Source: an uncultured Alphaproteobacteria bacterium
Lineage (GTDB): Bacteria; Pseudomonadota; Alphaproteobacteria; Paracaedibacterales; CAIOTO01
Assembly (NCBI GenBank): GCA_903861255.1
Contig: CAIOTO010000025.1
Location: 1 to 38,735, forward strand
Reading direction: 5' to 3'
DNA: 38,735 nucleotides
In this document: positions 1 to 9,215 of the stretch, in pieces
Position numbering within the stretch: position 1 is the first letter of the stretch
Layout: the number at the start of each line of letters is the position of its first letter
The notes under the pieces: generated by a model
What the model was told of the DNA's origin: nothing
Databases searched by the model: none
What the model saw: only the letters and a program-made list of their open reading frames with translations
Program-made: the position numbers and the translations under genes

Positions 1-161
1 TTTCAGGTTTTTAAAATAATTGATGTTGATTTCTTGGATTATGCTTTCTGAGTGATTGCAATCACTAGGTTTCTCACGGTGATTTCGCTCTTTTTATGAA
101 AGATTAATTTATGAATATGCGTCTTTTTATTTTGATACACAGATGCTGAGATTTCAAAAAG

Positions 162-1541
162 TTATGCTTCAATTTTAAATGGTGAATCAATTAATCCATT
201 TAATAATTCACGTAAGTGTTCTTTTAGACGTAATAAGCCTTCTTCTGAAAAACTTTCAAAACGTGCGACTAAAATAGGTGTTGTGTTTGATGCCCTGAGA
301 AGCCACCAACCATCTTTTGTTCGCAAACGAATGCCATCAATAGCGCAGAAATCGATAGATGCGTTTTTTAGCTTTTTCTTAACCGTTTCGATTACATCAA
401 ATTTTTCAGTATCTGGGCATGGAATTTTTATTTCTGGTGATGCATGAAAATGGGGGATTAAGTCTAAAAATTGTCCAACGTCATAGCCAAGTGATGTTAA
501 TTCAAGGATGCGTATTGCGGCATAAATGCCGTCATCAAATCCATAGTAACGATCTTTGAAAAAGAAATGCCCACTCATTTCTCCACCAAAAATAGCGCCT
601 GTTTTTGGCATGATTGATTTGAAATGTGAATGTCCAGTCGGTGCCATAATGGCTTGGCCGCCGGCGGCCTCGACTGAGTCAAAAAGAAGCTGACTTGTTT
701 TTACGTCTGCAACAATAGTTGCGCCTGGATTTGTTTTAAGGATAGCCATCGCAAAAAAGAGTGTGAGTTGATCACCCCAAATAACACGACCTTGACGATC
801 AATAATTCCTAATCGATCACCGTCACCATCAAAGGCAAGTCCAAGATCTAGTTTTTCACTTTTAACGCGTCGGATTAATTCTTCTAGATTGGCCGGGTCA
901 GCTGGATCTGGATGATGATTTGGAAAAGTCTCATCAATTTCAGAATAAAGCAATTGCACATGAATCGTGGATGGAAGTTTTTTTGTAAGGAGTTCCAGAA
1001 CCTCGCCTGTCGCACCATTGCCGCAATCAATACCAACACGAAGGCCAACTTCTCCCCAATTTAGATCTTTTATGAGACGTTGTATGTATGCTGCCATAAC
1101 GCAAATTGACGAAACTTTACCTGGCATTCTGACGGGTACATTATTCAAGGTTTCATCGTTAAGGCTTTGAATATCTTTCCCATAAAATGGACGATCTGAA
1201 AGTGTTATTTTAAATCCATTATCGGCCGGTGGGTTATGTGAACCGGTTATCATAATGCCAGCATCAAGGTTTAGCTGTTGAACAGCAAAATAGAGCATAG
1301 GTGTTGGGCCACGGCCAATATCTGTTACATCAATGCCTTGTGATAAAAGACCTTCGATAAGTCCGTCGCGAAGCGTTGGCGAACTTAAACGCCCATCATA
1401 GCCTACAGCAATCGTTGACTTGTCATTTAAGGCAAGCCACGCGCCAAATTTCTTTCCAATGGCTAGGGCAACATCGCGGGACAGCGTTGTACCAAAGGTT
1501 CCTCTTATATCATATGCACGTAAGATCGTAGGTTCAATCAT
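162..1541 (-). CDS. phosphomannomutase/phosphoglucomutase (alpha-D-phosphohexomutase family)
   Basis: 459-aa ORF. It carries the phosphoserine loop 'TGSHNPPADNGFK', the metal loop 'FDGDGDRLG' and the sugar loop 'GGEMSGHFFF'. Confidence 0.9.
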   Translation of the reverse strand: MIEPTILRAYDIRGTFGTTLSRDVALAIGKKFGAWLALNDKSTIAVGYDGRLSSPTLRDGLIEGLLSQGIDVTDIGRGPTPMLYFAVQQLNLDAGIMITGSHNPPADNGFKITLSDRPFYGKDIQSLNDETLNNVPVRMPGKVSSICVMAAYIQRLIKDLNWGEVGLRVGIDCGNGATGEVLELLTKKLPSTIHVQLLYSEIDETFPNHHPDPADPANLEELIRRVKSEKLDLGLAFDGDGDRLGIIDRQGRVIWGDQLTLFFAMAILKTNPGATIVADVKTSQLLFDSVEAAGGQAIMAPTGHSHFKSIMPKTGAIFGGEMSGHFFFKDRYYGFDDGIYAAIRILELTSLGYDVGQFLDLIPHFHASPEIKIPCPDTEKFDVIETVKKKLKNASIDFCAIDGIRLRTKDGWWLLRASNTTPILVARFESFSEEGLLRLKEHLRELLNGLIDSPFKIEA

Positions 1542-1706
1542 AAGAATTCTTCTTTAAAGGGAAGCCATTTTATGGCTGTAAATTTAATTAATTTTGTAGC
1601 ATTCTCAGGGGTTAAAGGCAGCTATATCACGAATGATTATAAAGTAGTCAGTGAAAATAAGCTATTCTTCTTGTGGTGTTACGCACAGAAACATAACGCA
1701 GAGAAT

Positions 1707-2747
1707 TTACGACGCAGCATGCCCAAGCTGTTCTTGAAAACCCATTAAAGTCAATCCCCCGCCAGAATGGATAAGCAAACAGTTACCTTTAATGTTTTCT
1801 TGCGTAATAATGCGACGTGATTCTAGAAACAATTTTACCGAGTAAACAGGATCTGTTAGAAAACCTTCTGTGCGCATGATACGCCCTATTTCGTCAAAGA
1901 TTGTTTTGTTGGTAGAACCAAAGGCACGACTGACGTGTGGGCGATAAAGTTTTAATTTTTCTTTCACAAAAAGCCATTTCATTTGCCCCCCAATCAAAGA
2001 CTCAAATTGTGTATTAATGGTGGAAAGTGTTTCTAAGAATTCCTTTTCTTCTTCTGCCATTAGAACCACATGAATGTTCGTTTCTTTGTTGAGCCAAGCA
2101 AACGCGAGTACTGTTGCACATGCCATCATGCCGGTACCAGAATCGATGAAAATATGTTCAAATGTTATGTTTGATTGACGCTCATTTTCAATGATATCAA
2201 GAGCAAGGGTTAACGCACCTGGTAATGATTCAGGAACTGATGCACCTTCCGGAATGATCACTGTTCTCTTTGATTGCTTTTTTGCATAAAGTGCAGCTTT
2301 TTCTTGAACGTTTGGCCATTCATCGCGGCTAATCCAATGGATCGAATCGTTTGAAACCATCAGTGAGCTTAGTAAAAAATTGCCGATTTTTTTTGTATCA
2401 GTATCGCCATGTAAAAAAAGCGTAGGTTGAATGCTGTTTTCGATCAGCAACTGCGTTAATCCGACGATATTATTGGAATAGGCACCGCCAATCAAAATGG
2501 CTTCTTTAATTTTATTTGCTAGTAGGTGAGGAACGAGAGAGCTATATTTACGGATTTTAAACCCAGATATGCCAAACCCAAGTTCATCTTCCCGTTTAAC
2601 AAAGCAAGGTGTTTGTGTGTCGCCAAATGTTTTAAGTGGATGGACCCGTGAATGTGAAGGGTAGGGCGCTAATGCCCCTATGCAGTTTTTTAGGTGAAGT
2701 ATTTGCTGATTAAATATAGATTCAAATGATAAATCATTCGTTAGCAT
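1707..2747 (-). CDS. PLP-dependent enzyme, ACC deaminase / D-cysteine desulfhydrase family
   Basis: 346 aa. 'FVKREDELGFGISGFKIRKY' matches the family's KRDD...GNKxRK PLP-lysine region. 'IFIDSGTGMMA' and the C-terminal 'LLIHSGGG' are also present. Confidence 0.75.
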   Translation of the reverse strand: MLTNDLSFESIFNQQILHLKNCIGALAPYPSHSRVHPLKTFGDTQTPCFVKREDELGFGISGFKIRKYSSLVPHLLANKIKEAILIGGAYSNNIVGLTQLLIENSIQPTLFLHGDTDTKKIGNFLLSSLMVSNDSIHWISRDEWPNVQEKAALYAKKQSKRTVIIPEGASVPESLPGALTLALDIIENERQSNITFEHIFIDSGTGMMACATVLAFAWLNKETNIHVVLMAEEEKEFLETLSTINTQFESLIGGQMKWLFVKEKLKLYRPHVSRAFGSTNKTIFDEIGRIMRTEGFLTDPVYSVKLFLESRRIITQENIKGNCLLIHSGGGLTLMGFQEQLGHAAS

Positions 2748-2821
2748 AGTCGTAAATTCCTTGCCGAAAAATCTAATGTCTTGCTATATTTATTTGCACA
2801 AATGACACAAGGTATCACAAT

Positions 2822-3364
2822 ATGAAACGCCAAGGCTTAATTCTACTACTGAATCAATATAATCCGTCTGATGCTGAAATTACTATAAAAAATGATATGC
2901 TTAGTTTTATCGATGCTAATGAAGATTGCTTTGAGCGTTCGCTTGAAATAGGCCATATAACAGGCTCTTCATGGCTTTTAAATAAAGCAGGTGATAAGGC
3001 GCTGTTGATGCATCACCGAAAACTTAACAAGTGGCTGCAACTAGGTGGGCATGCTGATGGCGATTCAGATATTTTGGTTGTTGCACTTAAAGAAGCTCAA
3101 GAAGAATCAGGAATTAACTCGATTGAACCTGTGAGTAATGGAATATTCGACATTGATATCCAAAAAATACCGGCTTATAAAAGCATTGCAGAACATCTTC
3201 ATTATGATGTTCGTTTTCTTTTAAAAGTTACTAGTGATGAAACATTCCAGGTTAATAGTGAATCGAATGAGCTTAGGTGGATTGGTAAGAATCGCGAAGA
3301 GTTGTTAAGTTCAGAGCCATCTGTGGCGCGTATGTTTGATAAGTGGTTAAAGATTGCTGCTTAG
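2822..3364 (+). CDS. NUDIX hydrolase
   Basis: 180 aa with the Nudix box 'GGHADGDSDILVVALKEAQEESGI' (GX5EX7REUXEEXGU pattern). Confidence 0.85.
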   Translation: MKRQGLILLLNQYNPSDAEITIKNDMLSFIDANEDCFERSLEIGHITGSSWLLNKAGDKALLMHHRKLNKWLQLGGHADGDSDILVVALKEAQEESGINSIEPVSNGIFDIDIQKIPAYKSIAEHLHYDVRFLLKVTSDETFQVNSESNELRWIGKNREELLSSEPSVARMFDKWLKIAA

Positions 3365-3368
3365 GCAC

Positions 3369-3878
3369 TTAAGCAAACAAAATGGCCATTGCTATGTGAT
3401 TCGTATAAACACCATCAACATAAATAGCATTACGTAAGACACCCTCGACCTCAAACCCTACTTTTTTATATAAAGCGATTGCATTGGTATTGGTTTCACG
3501 TACCGTAAGTTCAATTCTCGTCAGTCCTTTTTCTTTTGCTGCGGCAAGGGTAGTTCGTATTAATTTTTCACCAAGGCCTTGCCCACGATGCGACTTAATA
3601 ATACCCATTCCAAGAACCCCACTATGATCTAAAACAGGTGAATTCTGAGAATGGATATCGCACCAACCAACAACTTTTTCATTATCAAGTGCAACAAAGA
3701 ATGGCATTCCCTTTGCCTGATTTTTATGAACAAAATCGCGTAAATTTTCAAGTGGAGCAGCATCTAAGGCTAAAAGATAAAGCCGTTCACGTGCTACTGA
3801 ACCAGCTGCTTCGCAAAATCCTTCGATGTGATCATCTGTTATTGGAATTATTTCATAATTCATCATGTTCTTTTTCAT
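3369..3878 (-). CDS. GNAT family N-acetyltransferase (tandem paralog 1)
   Basis: 169 aa. It has the acetyl-CoA motif 'HRGQGLGEKL' and 'AIALYKKVGFEVEG'. It is very similar to the adjacent ORF. The true start may be Met6 (3863). Confidence 0.85.
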   Translation of the reverse strand: MKKNMMNYEIIPITDDHIEGFCEAAGSVARERLYLLALDAAPLENLRDFVHKNQAKGMPFFVALDNEKVVGWCDIHSQNSPVLDHSGVLGMGIIKSHRGQGLGEKLIRTTLAAAKEKGLTRIELTVRETNTNAIALYKKVGFEVEGVLRNAIYVDGVYTNHIAMAILFA

Positions 3879-3887
3879 TTTTAATTC

Positions 3888-4385
3888 TCAATCAAACAAA
3901 ATAGCCATTGCGATGTGGTTGGTATACACACCATCAACATAAGTTGCATTACGTAGTACGCCTTCAATTTCAAAACCTACTTTTTTATACAACTCGATCG
4001 CATTGGTGTTGGTTTCACGTACCGTAAGTTCAACGCGGGTTAAACCAGAGGCTTTTGCTGCAGCAATGGTTGTGGTTATAAGTTGCTTACCAATTCCTTG
4101 ACCACGGTATGGTTTTAATATTCCCATGCCCAGGGTGCCGCTATGCTTCAGAACTGGACGATGGTCAGATGAGCTTATATCACACCAACCAATGACGGTT
4201 CCAGCATCAAGCGCTACAAAGTGAGGTAGGCCTTTTGCGCGATTTCCAAGAACAAAAGCGCGTGACATATTAAGTGGAAAGCCATCAAAAGTGGTTAGAT
4301 ATAAGCGTTCAGCTGATACAGCTTTAACGGCTTCACAAAAACCTTCAATATGTTTATCTGTGATCTGTACAATCTCAAAATTCAT
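3888..4385 (-). CDS. GNAT family N-acetyltransferase (tandem paralog 2)
   Basis: Carries 'YRGQGIGKQL' and 'AIELYKKVGFEIEG'. I place the start at Met7 of the track ORF ('MNFEIVQITD'), because that ATG forms an ATGA overlap with the permease stop and aligns with paralog 1 ('MNYEIIPITD'). Confidence 0.85.
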   Translation of the reverse strand: MNFEIVQITDKHIEGFCEAVKAVSAERLYLTTFDGFPLNMSRAFVLGNRAKGLPHFVALDAGTVIGWCDISSSDHRPVLKHSGTLGMGILKPYRGQGIGKQLITTTIAAAKASGLTRVELTVRETNTNAIELYKKVGFEIEGVLRNATYVDGVYTNHIAMAILFD

Positions 4386-5227
4386 CGTGGTTTCCTTATA
4401 CATGTTGTAATCAAAGCCGCTATATAAAACAACGATGCCACTAGTACAATCGTTGGTCCTGTAGGTAGAGCTGCGTGATACGACAGCAGCAATCCGCTAT
4501 AACTTGATAACAATGCAACGAAGATGGCAACACATAGCGTCCTGCGCAAGTTATTGCACAACAAACGTGCTGTGATCGCAGGGATCATCATCAACCCAAG
4601 TGCCATTAGTGTGCCGATGGCTTGGCAAGCCGCTACAAGATTGATAACGACAAGGCCTATGAAAATGACAGTGTAACGATTGCCGCCGCAGTCAACGGAT
4701 TGCATAAAAAGGGGGTCAAAGCATTGATATACAAGGGGTCTAAAAATCACACGCAAAATGATAAGCGATAGGATTGATAAAATGATAATCGTTCTGAGGA
4801 TGTCTAGGTCAACCCCAAGGACTGATCCAAATAACAAATGCATCACATTCATGGCGCCGCCGGCTTTTGATATCAGAAGCACACCTAATGCTAATGCCAG
4901 CAGATAAAATCCGCTAAAGCTGGCATCTTGTGGCAGACGTGTTTTTTGACTCGCTAAAACACTTAAGCCAGCTATTAGAAAGCCCGCTAGCATTCCGCCA
5001 ATGGTAAATCCGGGCAGCCATACACCCCAAATGAAAAACGCCGCCGCAATTCCAGGTAATATCCCGTGCGAGAGTGCCTCACCCATCAGGCTCATCCGCT
5101 TGAGTAGCAAAATAATACCAAGCACTGGGCATACAACAGATAGCGTCAGGCACGCTGCAAGTGCACGTTGCATGAATACAAAATCATGAATGGGTGCAAT
5201 CAGAGTGGAATACAAAAGGTCTATCAT
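4382..5227 (-). CDS. metal (Zn/Mn-type) ABC transporter permease, ZnuB/MntB-like
   Basis: 281 aa with multiple hydrophobic spans typical of ABC-3 permeases. Its start forms an ATGA overlap with the upstream ATPase gene. Confidence 0.8.
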   Translation of the reverse strand: MIDLLYSTLIAPIHDFVFMQRALAACLTLSVVCPVLGIILLLKRMSLMGEALSHGILPGIAAAFFIWGVWLPGFTIGGMLAGFLIAGLSVLASQKTRLPQDASFSGFYLLALALGVLLISKAGGAMNVMHLLFGSVLGVDLDILRTIIILSILSLIILRVIFRPLVYQCFDPLFMQSVDCGGNRYTVIFIGLVVINLVAACQAIGTLMALGLMMIPAITARLLCNNLRRTLCVAIFVALLSSYSGLLLSYHAALPTGPTIVLVASLFYIAALITTCIRKPR

Positions 5228-5904
5228 GCGATGTACGCCTTTCGAATCAATCCCGCATCAGATAGAATAGTTTCGCTATCGCCTTGTGCAATAACGCTTC
5301 GGTTCAATAAAATTGATTGAGGAATATAACGTTCAGCCAAATGGAGTTGATGAATTACTGTAATGATCGTTTTGCCTTCCGTTAGCCAGTTTTGAAGTAA
5401 TGTCAGTAGGTCTTCTGTGGTTGGTTGATCTACAGCTGAAAATGGTTCATCCAAAATCAACAGATCTGCCTCTTGCAGCCAGAGCCGCGCAAACAAAAGT
5501 CGCTGAAACTGCCCGCCACTAAGCACACTTATTGGTTTGTTTTCAAAACCCGATAGGCCAACCATTGAAAGTGCATGTTCAAGTCGGTCACGATCTTCAG
5601 GCACAAGTCCATGATATAACCCAATTTTTGGCCAAAAACCCATGGTGGCAACGTCACGTACGTTTAAAGGAAACTGTCGATCAAGCTGATTATGTTGCGG
5701 CAAATAGGCACGTTTAGTGCCGCCAGCAAGATTGACTGTACCATCACTTGGCTTTAACACACCTGCGCAGATTTTTAGCAATGTGCTTTTCCCTGCACCA
5801 TTTGGGCCAATGAGGGCTGTAAATGATCCTTTGGAAAAGGTCAAGTTAACGTCATTTAAAACGACAGTGCCACCGAACATATGCGAAAGAGAAAGAGATA
5901 ACAT
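5224..5904 (-). CDS. metal ABC transporter ATP-binding protein, ZnuC-like
   Basis: 226 aa with Walker A 'GPNGAGKST', ABC signature 'LSGGQFQR' and Walker B 'LLILDEP'. Confidence 0.85.
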   Translation of the reverse strand: MLSLSLSHMFGGTVVLNDVNLTFSKGSFTALIGPNGAGKSTLLKICAGVLKPSDGTVNLAGGTKRAYLPQHNQLDRQFPLNVRDVATMGFWPKIGLYHGLVPEDRDRLEHALSMVGLSGFENKPISVLSGGQFQRLLFARLWLQEADLLILDEPFSAVDQPTTEDLLTLLQNWLTEGKTIITVIHQLHLAERYIPQSILLNRSVIAQGDSETILSDAGLIRKAYIA

Positions 5905-6088
5905 AAGGCTTTAGTCTTGAAAATTAATAAAGTATACAAAAGTTACAGTAGCACACATCATTTCGTTGAGCGAGCCGCAAAGCGGACGTATCTGTTTCTA
6001 TCGCTCTTTTCTTTCAAAAACACCTATAATCATGTATGTTAATGGTAGAAATATAAATTTAATAAACATAGTCCAGTAAATTTGTATT

Positions 6089-6207
6089 CGTCATGGCGAA
6101 CCCCGCAGGGGTGTGGCCATCCAGAAAAGCAGCCACTGGATCACCACGTCGGCTTTGCCTCCTCCATCCTTCGCCCAAGGGCTTCGGCCTGGCAGGCTGT
6201 GATGACG
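6089..6207. repeat. MITE-like palindromic element, family C (copy C1)
   Basis: Runs 'cgtcatggcgaaccccgcaggggtgtggccatccag ... ctggatcacc ... ggcaggctgtgatgacg'. It has GTCAT/ATGAC termini, internal ATCCAG/CTGGAT and a nested hairpin (cccc-gca-gggg). It generates the spurious ORF 6082..6375. Confidence 0.7.
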
Positions 6208-6248
6208 GCGAATCTTAGAATGAGTATTTTTATTTCTGATAGGTATAT

Positions 6249-6905
6249 ATGGCACTTTTTGATACCATTTCTCACATTCTTGCGCTTGTCCTTGCTATTA
6301 CCTTGCACGAGGCGGCGCATGGTGCAATTGCATATGTTTTTGGTGATGATACGGCAAAACGAATGGGAAGATTAACGTTTAACCCAATTGCGCATGTTGA
6401 CCCAGTGGGTACGCTGCTTTTGCCGGGTTTGCTGTATATGACGGGTGCGCCATTTCTATTTGGTTGGGCAAAGCCAGTCCCTGTTGATTTCGGAAGGTTG
6501 AATCCAAGACGCCTTGGCATGATATTAGTGGCGTTTGCAGGCCCTGGGATTAATTTGATTTTGGCATGGGTAGCCGCCATTGCGATGCATTTATCCATTG
6601 AGCATGGAACATTTTTGCATACGTTTTTGCCCCTGTTCTTTCGTATTAATATCACATTGGCAGCGTTTAATTTATTGCCTATTTTACCGCTTGATGGGGG
6701 GCGAATTTTGACAGGTTTGCTGCCGCCATCTCTGGCATGGCATTACAGCAAAACTGAACGTTTTGGTATGCTGATCGTTTTATTATTGATGATGTCACCA
6801 TCCTTGCTAAATCTTATTGGGGTTCATGCAAATCCATTTGCGTCGATATTGAGGCCAGTTTTTGATGTGTTGTTTAAAACGGTATTGATGTTATCAGGCA
6901 ATTAA
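6249..6905 (+). CDS. site-2 protease family zinc metalloprotease (peptidase M50)
   Basis: 218 aa, polytopic, with the HExxH motif 'LHEAAHG' in the first transmembrane segment and 'FNLLPILPLDGG' (NxxPxxxLDG) downstream. Confidence 0.85.
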   Translation: MALFDTISHILALVLAITLHEAAHGAIAYVFGDDTAKRMGRLTFNPIAHVDPVGTLLLPGLLYMTGAPFLFGWAKPVPVDFGRLNPRRLGMILVAFAGPGINLILAWVAAIAMHLSIEHGTFLHTFLPLFFRINITLAAFNLLPILPLDGGRILTGLLPPSLAWHYSKTERFGMLIVLLLMMSPSLLNLIGVHANPFASILRPVFDVLFKTVLMLSGN

Positions 6906-6920
6906 AAAAGGAAAACTAGA

Positions 6921-7541
6921 ATGACATCAGAAAGCGAAGTGTATAAAAGTTATGAGAAAATCGCTGATTGGTTTGATGAATGTCGATCACGTGAACTGCT
7001 TGAAAAGCAATATCTTGATAAGGTCATTGACTATATAAAACCTGGCGGCACCATTTTAGATTTAGGCTGCGGTATGGGCGAACCAATAGCGGAGTATTTT
7101 ATTAATCAAGGCTTAACCGTTGTTGGGGTTGATGCATGTGAACGATTGATTGAACTAGCTAAAGAACGTTTCCCTAATAATCGTTTTATATTGAATGATA
7201 TGCGTAATCTTTGTTTAAACAAAAAATTCGACGCGATTATTGCCTGGAACAGTTTTTTTCACTTAAATCAAGATGAACAACGTGCGATGTTTCAAACGTT
7301 TGAGGATCATATGAAGCCTGGCGGGATACTTCTTTTTACCTCAGGCCCTGATGCCGGTGAAGTATGGAGCGATAATGGCGGCGAAATGTTGTATCATGCG
7401 TCTTTATCGCCAGCGGAATATAGGCGTTTGTTTGAACAACATAATTTTAAAGAGCTGCTATTCAACATCGAAGACCCCACATGTGGTGATGCAACTGTGT
7501 GGATGGCGACATTCCCTGGGCTCGTTAAGACGAATAGATAA
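6921..7541 (+). CDS. class I SAM-dependent methyltransferase
   Basis: 206 aa with motif I 'ILDLGCGMGEP'. An 'aagga' ribosome-binding site lies upstream. Confidence 0.8.
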   Translation: MTSESEVYKSYEKIADWFDECRSRELLEKQYLDKVIDYIKPGGTILDLGCGMGEPIAEYFINQGLTVVGVDACERLIELAKERFPNNRFILNDMRNLCLNKKFDAIIAWNSFFHLNQDEQRAMFQTFEDHMKPGGILLFTSGPDAGEVWSDNGGEMLYHASLSPAEYRRLFEQHNFKELLFNIEDPTCGDATVWMATFPGLVKTNR

Positions 7542-7625
7542 TTATTTTATGAGTGAAGCGTTATATAGCAAAAGTAGCTTCCAATAAATTTTTCTAGACT
7601 ATTTTTATGCTAAGGCAAAAAAACT

Positions 7626-9032
7626 CTATAACACCAACGACCGGCGCAACACTTCTACATCGTTTGAAAATTCGCGATCCTTTGCACAGGCTTCTTCCAC
7701 ACGTTTTACTGCATGCATCACCGTTGTATGATCGCGCCCGCCAAAGCGACGGCCAATTTCCGGTAATGATTTGCTTGTTAATGCCTTACACAAATACATC
7801 GCAATTTGACGTGGTTTTGTGATCACTTGCATGCGACGAGTCGATAATAAATCAGATATTTTCACATTGTAGTAATCGCATACTTTTTGCTGAATATCCT
7901 CGATCGTAATAACGCGCCTGTCGTTTGAACGGAGCAAATCACGTAACACATCATGCGTTGTATCAATATCAATCTTACGTCCAACTAAGGTAGAGTGCGC
8001 GACAATACGGTTGAGTGCACCTTCAAGTTCACGAATATTCGACGTAATACGAAACGCGAGTAATTCCAGAACATTCGCGGGGATGCTTACTTTTAGCGCC
8101 TCAGCTTTTGACTGCAAAATGCCAAGTCTAAGCTCATATGTGGTGGGGTGAATATCTGCAACCAATCCCCAGCCCAGGCGCGATCTAAGACGTTCTTCCA
8201 TTCCTTCCAAATCAGATGGTGATTTGTCCGCTGAAATAATGACTTGATGGTTGTTATCAATTAATGCATTAAAGGTATGGAAAAATTCTTCTTGTGTTGT
8301 GTCTTTTCCGCTAATGAATTGGACATCATCAATCATTAAAATATCAATATTACGAAAGCGTTCTTTAAATGAAACTGTGTCTTTAAACCTGAGTGCGCGT
8401 ACAAATTCATACATGAACTTTTCAGCTGACATGTAAATGACACGTTTTTTAGGATGGACTTTCTTAATATGCCAGGCAATTGCATGCATTAAGTGCGTTT
8501 TACCAAGTCCAACGCCACCATAAAGAAATACTGGATTAAAAGGCGGAACGTCTGCCTCGGCAATACGGAGTGACGCCGCATACGCTAATTCATTTGGCTT
8601 ACCAATCACAAAATTCTCAAAGGTAAAACGAATATCCAGTGCAGCTGTATAATCTTCTTCATCGGGCTCTAAAATGGCATCAATCACTTGATTTTGAAAT
8701 GGATCAACACGTGCAGCCTCTGTGCTGTGTGCTTTATCTTTTTTAACGATTGCAATTGTGTAATTTTCGAACCCTGGAAAGATTTCATGACACAGTGCCA
8801 GTAATTTTTCTCCATGCTGGGTCTGGATGCGATCTTTCATAAAACGCGTTGGGGCGGCTAATTGTAGGCATTGACCGTCATATGTAATGACTTTAAGCGG
8901 TTCAATCCAGCTCGCGTAAATCGCATTGCCTAGATCACTTTTAAGTCGTTGACATACCTGATCCCAAAGTGTTTGCACTTGTACGGGGTGCAAAAAAACT
9001 TGACAGTCTTCGTCATCTTCTGGAGCAGACAT
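7626..9032 (-). CDS. dnaA: chromosomal replication initiator protein DnaA
   Basis: 468 aa. AAA+ Walker A 'GGVGLGKTHL', Walker B 'LMIDDVQF', and the C-terminal DNA-binding domain '...IGRRFGGRDHTTVMHA'. Confidence 0.95.
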   Translation of the reverse strand: MSAPEDDEDCQVFLHPVQVQTLWDQVCQRLKSDLGNAIYASWIEPLKVITYDGQCLQLAAPTRFMKDRIQTQHGEKLLALCHEIFPGFENYTIAIVKKDKAHSTEAARVDPFQNQVIDAILEPDEEDYTAALDIRFTFENFVIGKPNELAYAASLRIAEADVPPFNPVFLYGGVGLGKTHLMHAIAWHIKKVHPKKRVIYMSAEKFMYEFVRALRFKDTVSFKERFRNIDILMIDDVQFISGKDTTQEEFFHTFNALIDNNHQVIISADKSPSDLEGMEERLRSRLGWGLVADIHPTTYELRLGILQSKAEALKVSIPANVLELLAFRITSNIRELEGALNRIVAHSTLVGRKIDIDTTHDVLRDLLRSNDRRVITIEDIQQKVCDYYNVKISDLLSTRRMQVITKPRQIAMYLCKALTSKSLPEIGRRFGGRDHTTVMHAVKRVEEACAKDREFSNDVEVLRRSLVL

Positions 9033-9079
9033 TATTGTTTCCTAAATATTTTTTGTTATTAATCACAACACTCTGAGTT

Positions 9080-9203
9080 TCATGCCCGGACTTGATCCGG
9101 GCATCTGCTACAAAGGGCATTGGGAGTAAATTAATAGCGTAGTTTTTATTTGTTTATTTTCTTTTAAATTTTTATAGATCACCGGGTCAAGCCTGGTGAT
9201 GGC
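9080..9203. repeat. MITE-like double-hairpin element, family A (copy A1)
   Basis: Left arm 'tcatgcccggacttgatccgggcatct', an AT-rich spacer of roughly 70-75 nt, then right arm 'tatagatcaccgggtcaagcctggtgatggc'. It lies in the dnaA upstream region. Confidence 0.75.
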
Positions 9204-9215
9204 AATAATGGGTAT

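Noticed and set aside
5905-6088. Zur/Mur operator upstream of the metal ABC operon.
   Set aside because: I could not find a convincing AT-rich palindrome of the expected type. The only structured sequence is a small GC hairpin ('ccgcaaagcgg') and the MITE, so there is no support for a call.
6082-6375. 97-aa ORF in the znuC/M50 spacer. Similar ORFs occur at 27064..27279, 26917..27120, 18734..18946 and 18853..19047.
   Set aside because: These ORFs are read out of the palindromic repeat elements, giving peptides such as VIPAQAGIQ and SSRRRRSR. They overlap real gene starts and are repeat-derived artefacts.
9033-9215. Origin of replication (oriC) adjacent to dnaA.
   Set aside because: No cluster of canonical DnaA boxes is visible, and most of the spacer is a MITE. 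Alphaproteobacterial origins are often not next to dnaA. This cannot be called without genome-wide GC skew.
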